Source: an uncultured SAR86 cluster bacterium
Lineage (GTDB): Bacteria > Pseudomonadota > Gammaproteobacteria > Magnimaribacterales > AG-339-G14
Length of the DNA stretch: 64,000 nt
Reading direction: 5' to 3'
NCBI GenBank assembly: GCA_902625415.1
Contig: CACOBG010000007.1
Location: 6,757-70,756, forward strand
Shown here: piece after piece, positions 63,197-64,000 of the stretch
Layout: the number at the start of each line of letters is the position of its first letter
Position numbering within the stretch: the stretch's first letter is position 1
The notes under the pieces: model-generated
Database searches by the model: none
The model's input: only the letters and a program-made list of their open reading frames with translations
What the model was told of the DNA's origin: nothing
Made by a program: the position numbers and the translations under genes

Positions 63197-63886
63197 ATGC
63201 TCAAAGATGAAAAACTAAATTTAGACTTATATCAAAACCTCAATTCCAATCGGGCACCAGAAGATTTTCATCATGTGGCCTTTAAAACCATTAATTACGA
63301 AGCCATGGTTGATTTTTATTCCAGACTTTTTGTTTGCGAACCTTTATATACCAGCGAAGAATTAACGTTTTTAGCTTTTGATGAAGAGCATCATCGAGTA
63401 GCTATTGCCAACACTGCTGGTGTTTTTAAAAATCTTGGATTTATTCCGAAAACCATTATGCGAATCAAAAATTGGATGAATCGCTCTTTACCTTCAATTG
63501 TTGGCTTGGATCATATTTCTTACAAATTAAATCCAATAGAAAAGTGGTTCGAGTTTTACCACAAAGCCAAAGAGCAGGGACTGGAACCTTATTGGACGAT
63601 CAATCACGGATGGATTACTGGCATGTATTACAAAGATCCAGATGGCAATTTGGTGGAAATATTTTTTGAACATTGGCGTAACAAAGAAGAATTCAAAACC
63701 AATATTTCTCCAGATTTTTCCGATGAACCCATTGGAACCAACATGGATATCGATGTGCTTTATGATATGTTTAAACATGGCGCATCTTTTGAAGAGCTTA
63801 TTCAAAAAGGCAATACTGTCCCAAAGGGGAAGAAACCAGTTGCTGGCATGGATGCGGTTATGAATATGCGAAAAAAATTCAAATAA
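63197..63886 (+). CDS. VOC (glyoxalase/extradiol dioxygenase) family protein
   Basis: FHHVAF, DEEHHR, LDHISY, MYYKDPDGNLVE. Confidence 0.82.
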   Translation: MLKDEKLNLDLYQNLNSNRAPEDFHHVAFKTINYEAMVDFYSRLFVCEPLYTSEELTFLAFDEEHHRVAIANTAGVFKNLGFIPKTIMRIKNWMNRSLPSIVGLDHISYKLNPIEKWFEFYHKAKEQGLEPYWTINHGWITGMYYKDPDGNLVEIFFEHWRNKEEFKTNISPDFSDEPIGTNMDIDVLYDMFKHGASFEELIQKGNTVPKGKKPVAGMDAVMNMRKKFK

Positions 63887-63963
63887 TTCAATTCCTGCAA
63901 ATTAATCTTTTTTCTTTTAAAGATTCAACTATGATAAATCTTTAAATATTTTTAGGAGAAAAC

Positions 63964-64000
63964 ATGAAAAAAATAATTATTATTTTAATGACGTCTTTGA
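63964..64000 (+). CDS. Start of a probable secreted protein (truncated by the window end)
   Basis: SD AGGAG then MKKIIIILMTSL. Confidence 0.55.
   Translation, partial: MKKIIIILMTSL

Noticed and set aside
1-64000. tRNA, rRNA, CRISPR array, integrase/transposase, riboswitch
   Set aside because: No T-loop/acceptor-stem patterns, spaced direct repeats or recombinase motifs were seen by eye; a tRNAscan/Infernal run would be needed to exclude small RNAs.

Overview
This 64 kb window looks like chromosomal DNA from an AT-rich, tightly packed, streamlined marine Gammaproteobacterium, probably SAR86-like (inferred from gene style and content). I saw no tRNA, rRNA, CRISPR array, integrase, transposase or transcription-regulator gene. 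1-22 kb is core: plsC(partial)-gmhB-glycyl-tRNA synthetase-trkH-trkA-fmt-def, purE-tsaC-aroE, a complete caa3-type cytochrome c oxidase and assembly cluster, then qor-like, gshA and pckA. The order mirrors the origin-proximal Pseudomonas region, but glyQ/glyS is replaced in place by a single alpha2-type GlyRS. Right after the cox cluster is the most striking unexplained element: three tandem paralogous ~135-aa 3-TM proteins of no family I recognise, behind a perfect Fur-box-like palindrome and punctuated by twin terminators. 22-64 kb is a catabolic/accessory mosaic. It holds hydrolases, a copper amine oxidase-alkylsulfatase-P19-like run, a DUF4212/SSS transporter and two pairs of secreted duplicated alpha/beta-barrel-like proteins. 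It also holds a TbpB-like surface lipoprotein, amt, glk, an MBL-DUF3604-amidase-PPIase-HupE-HXXEE operon, flavin/NAD(P) oxidoreductases and selO. By hand I also found five small ORFs (30-56 aa) below the ORF-track cutoff, one in its own promoter-RBS-terminator unit.
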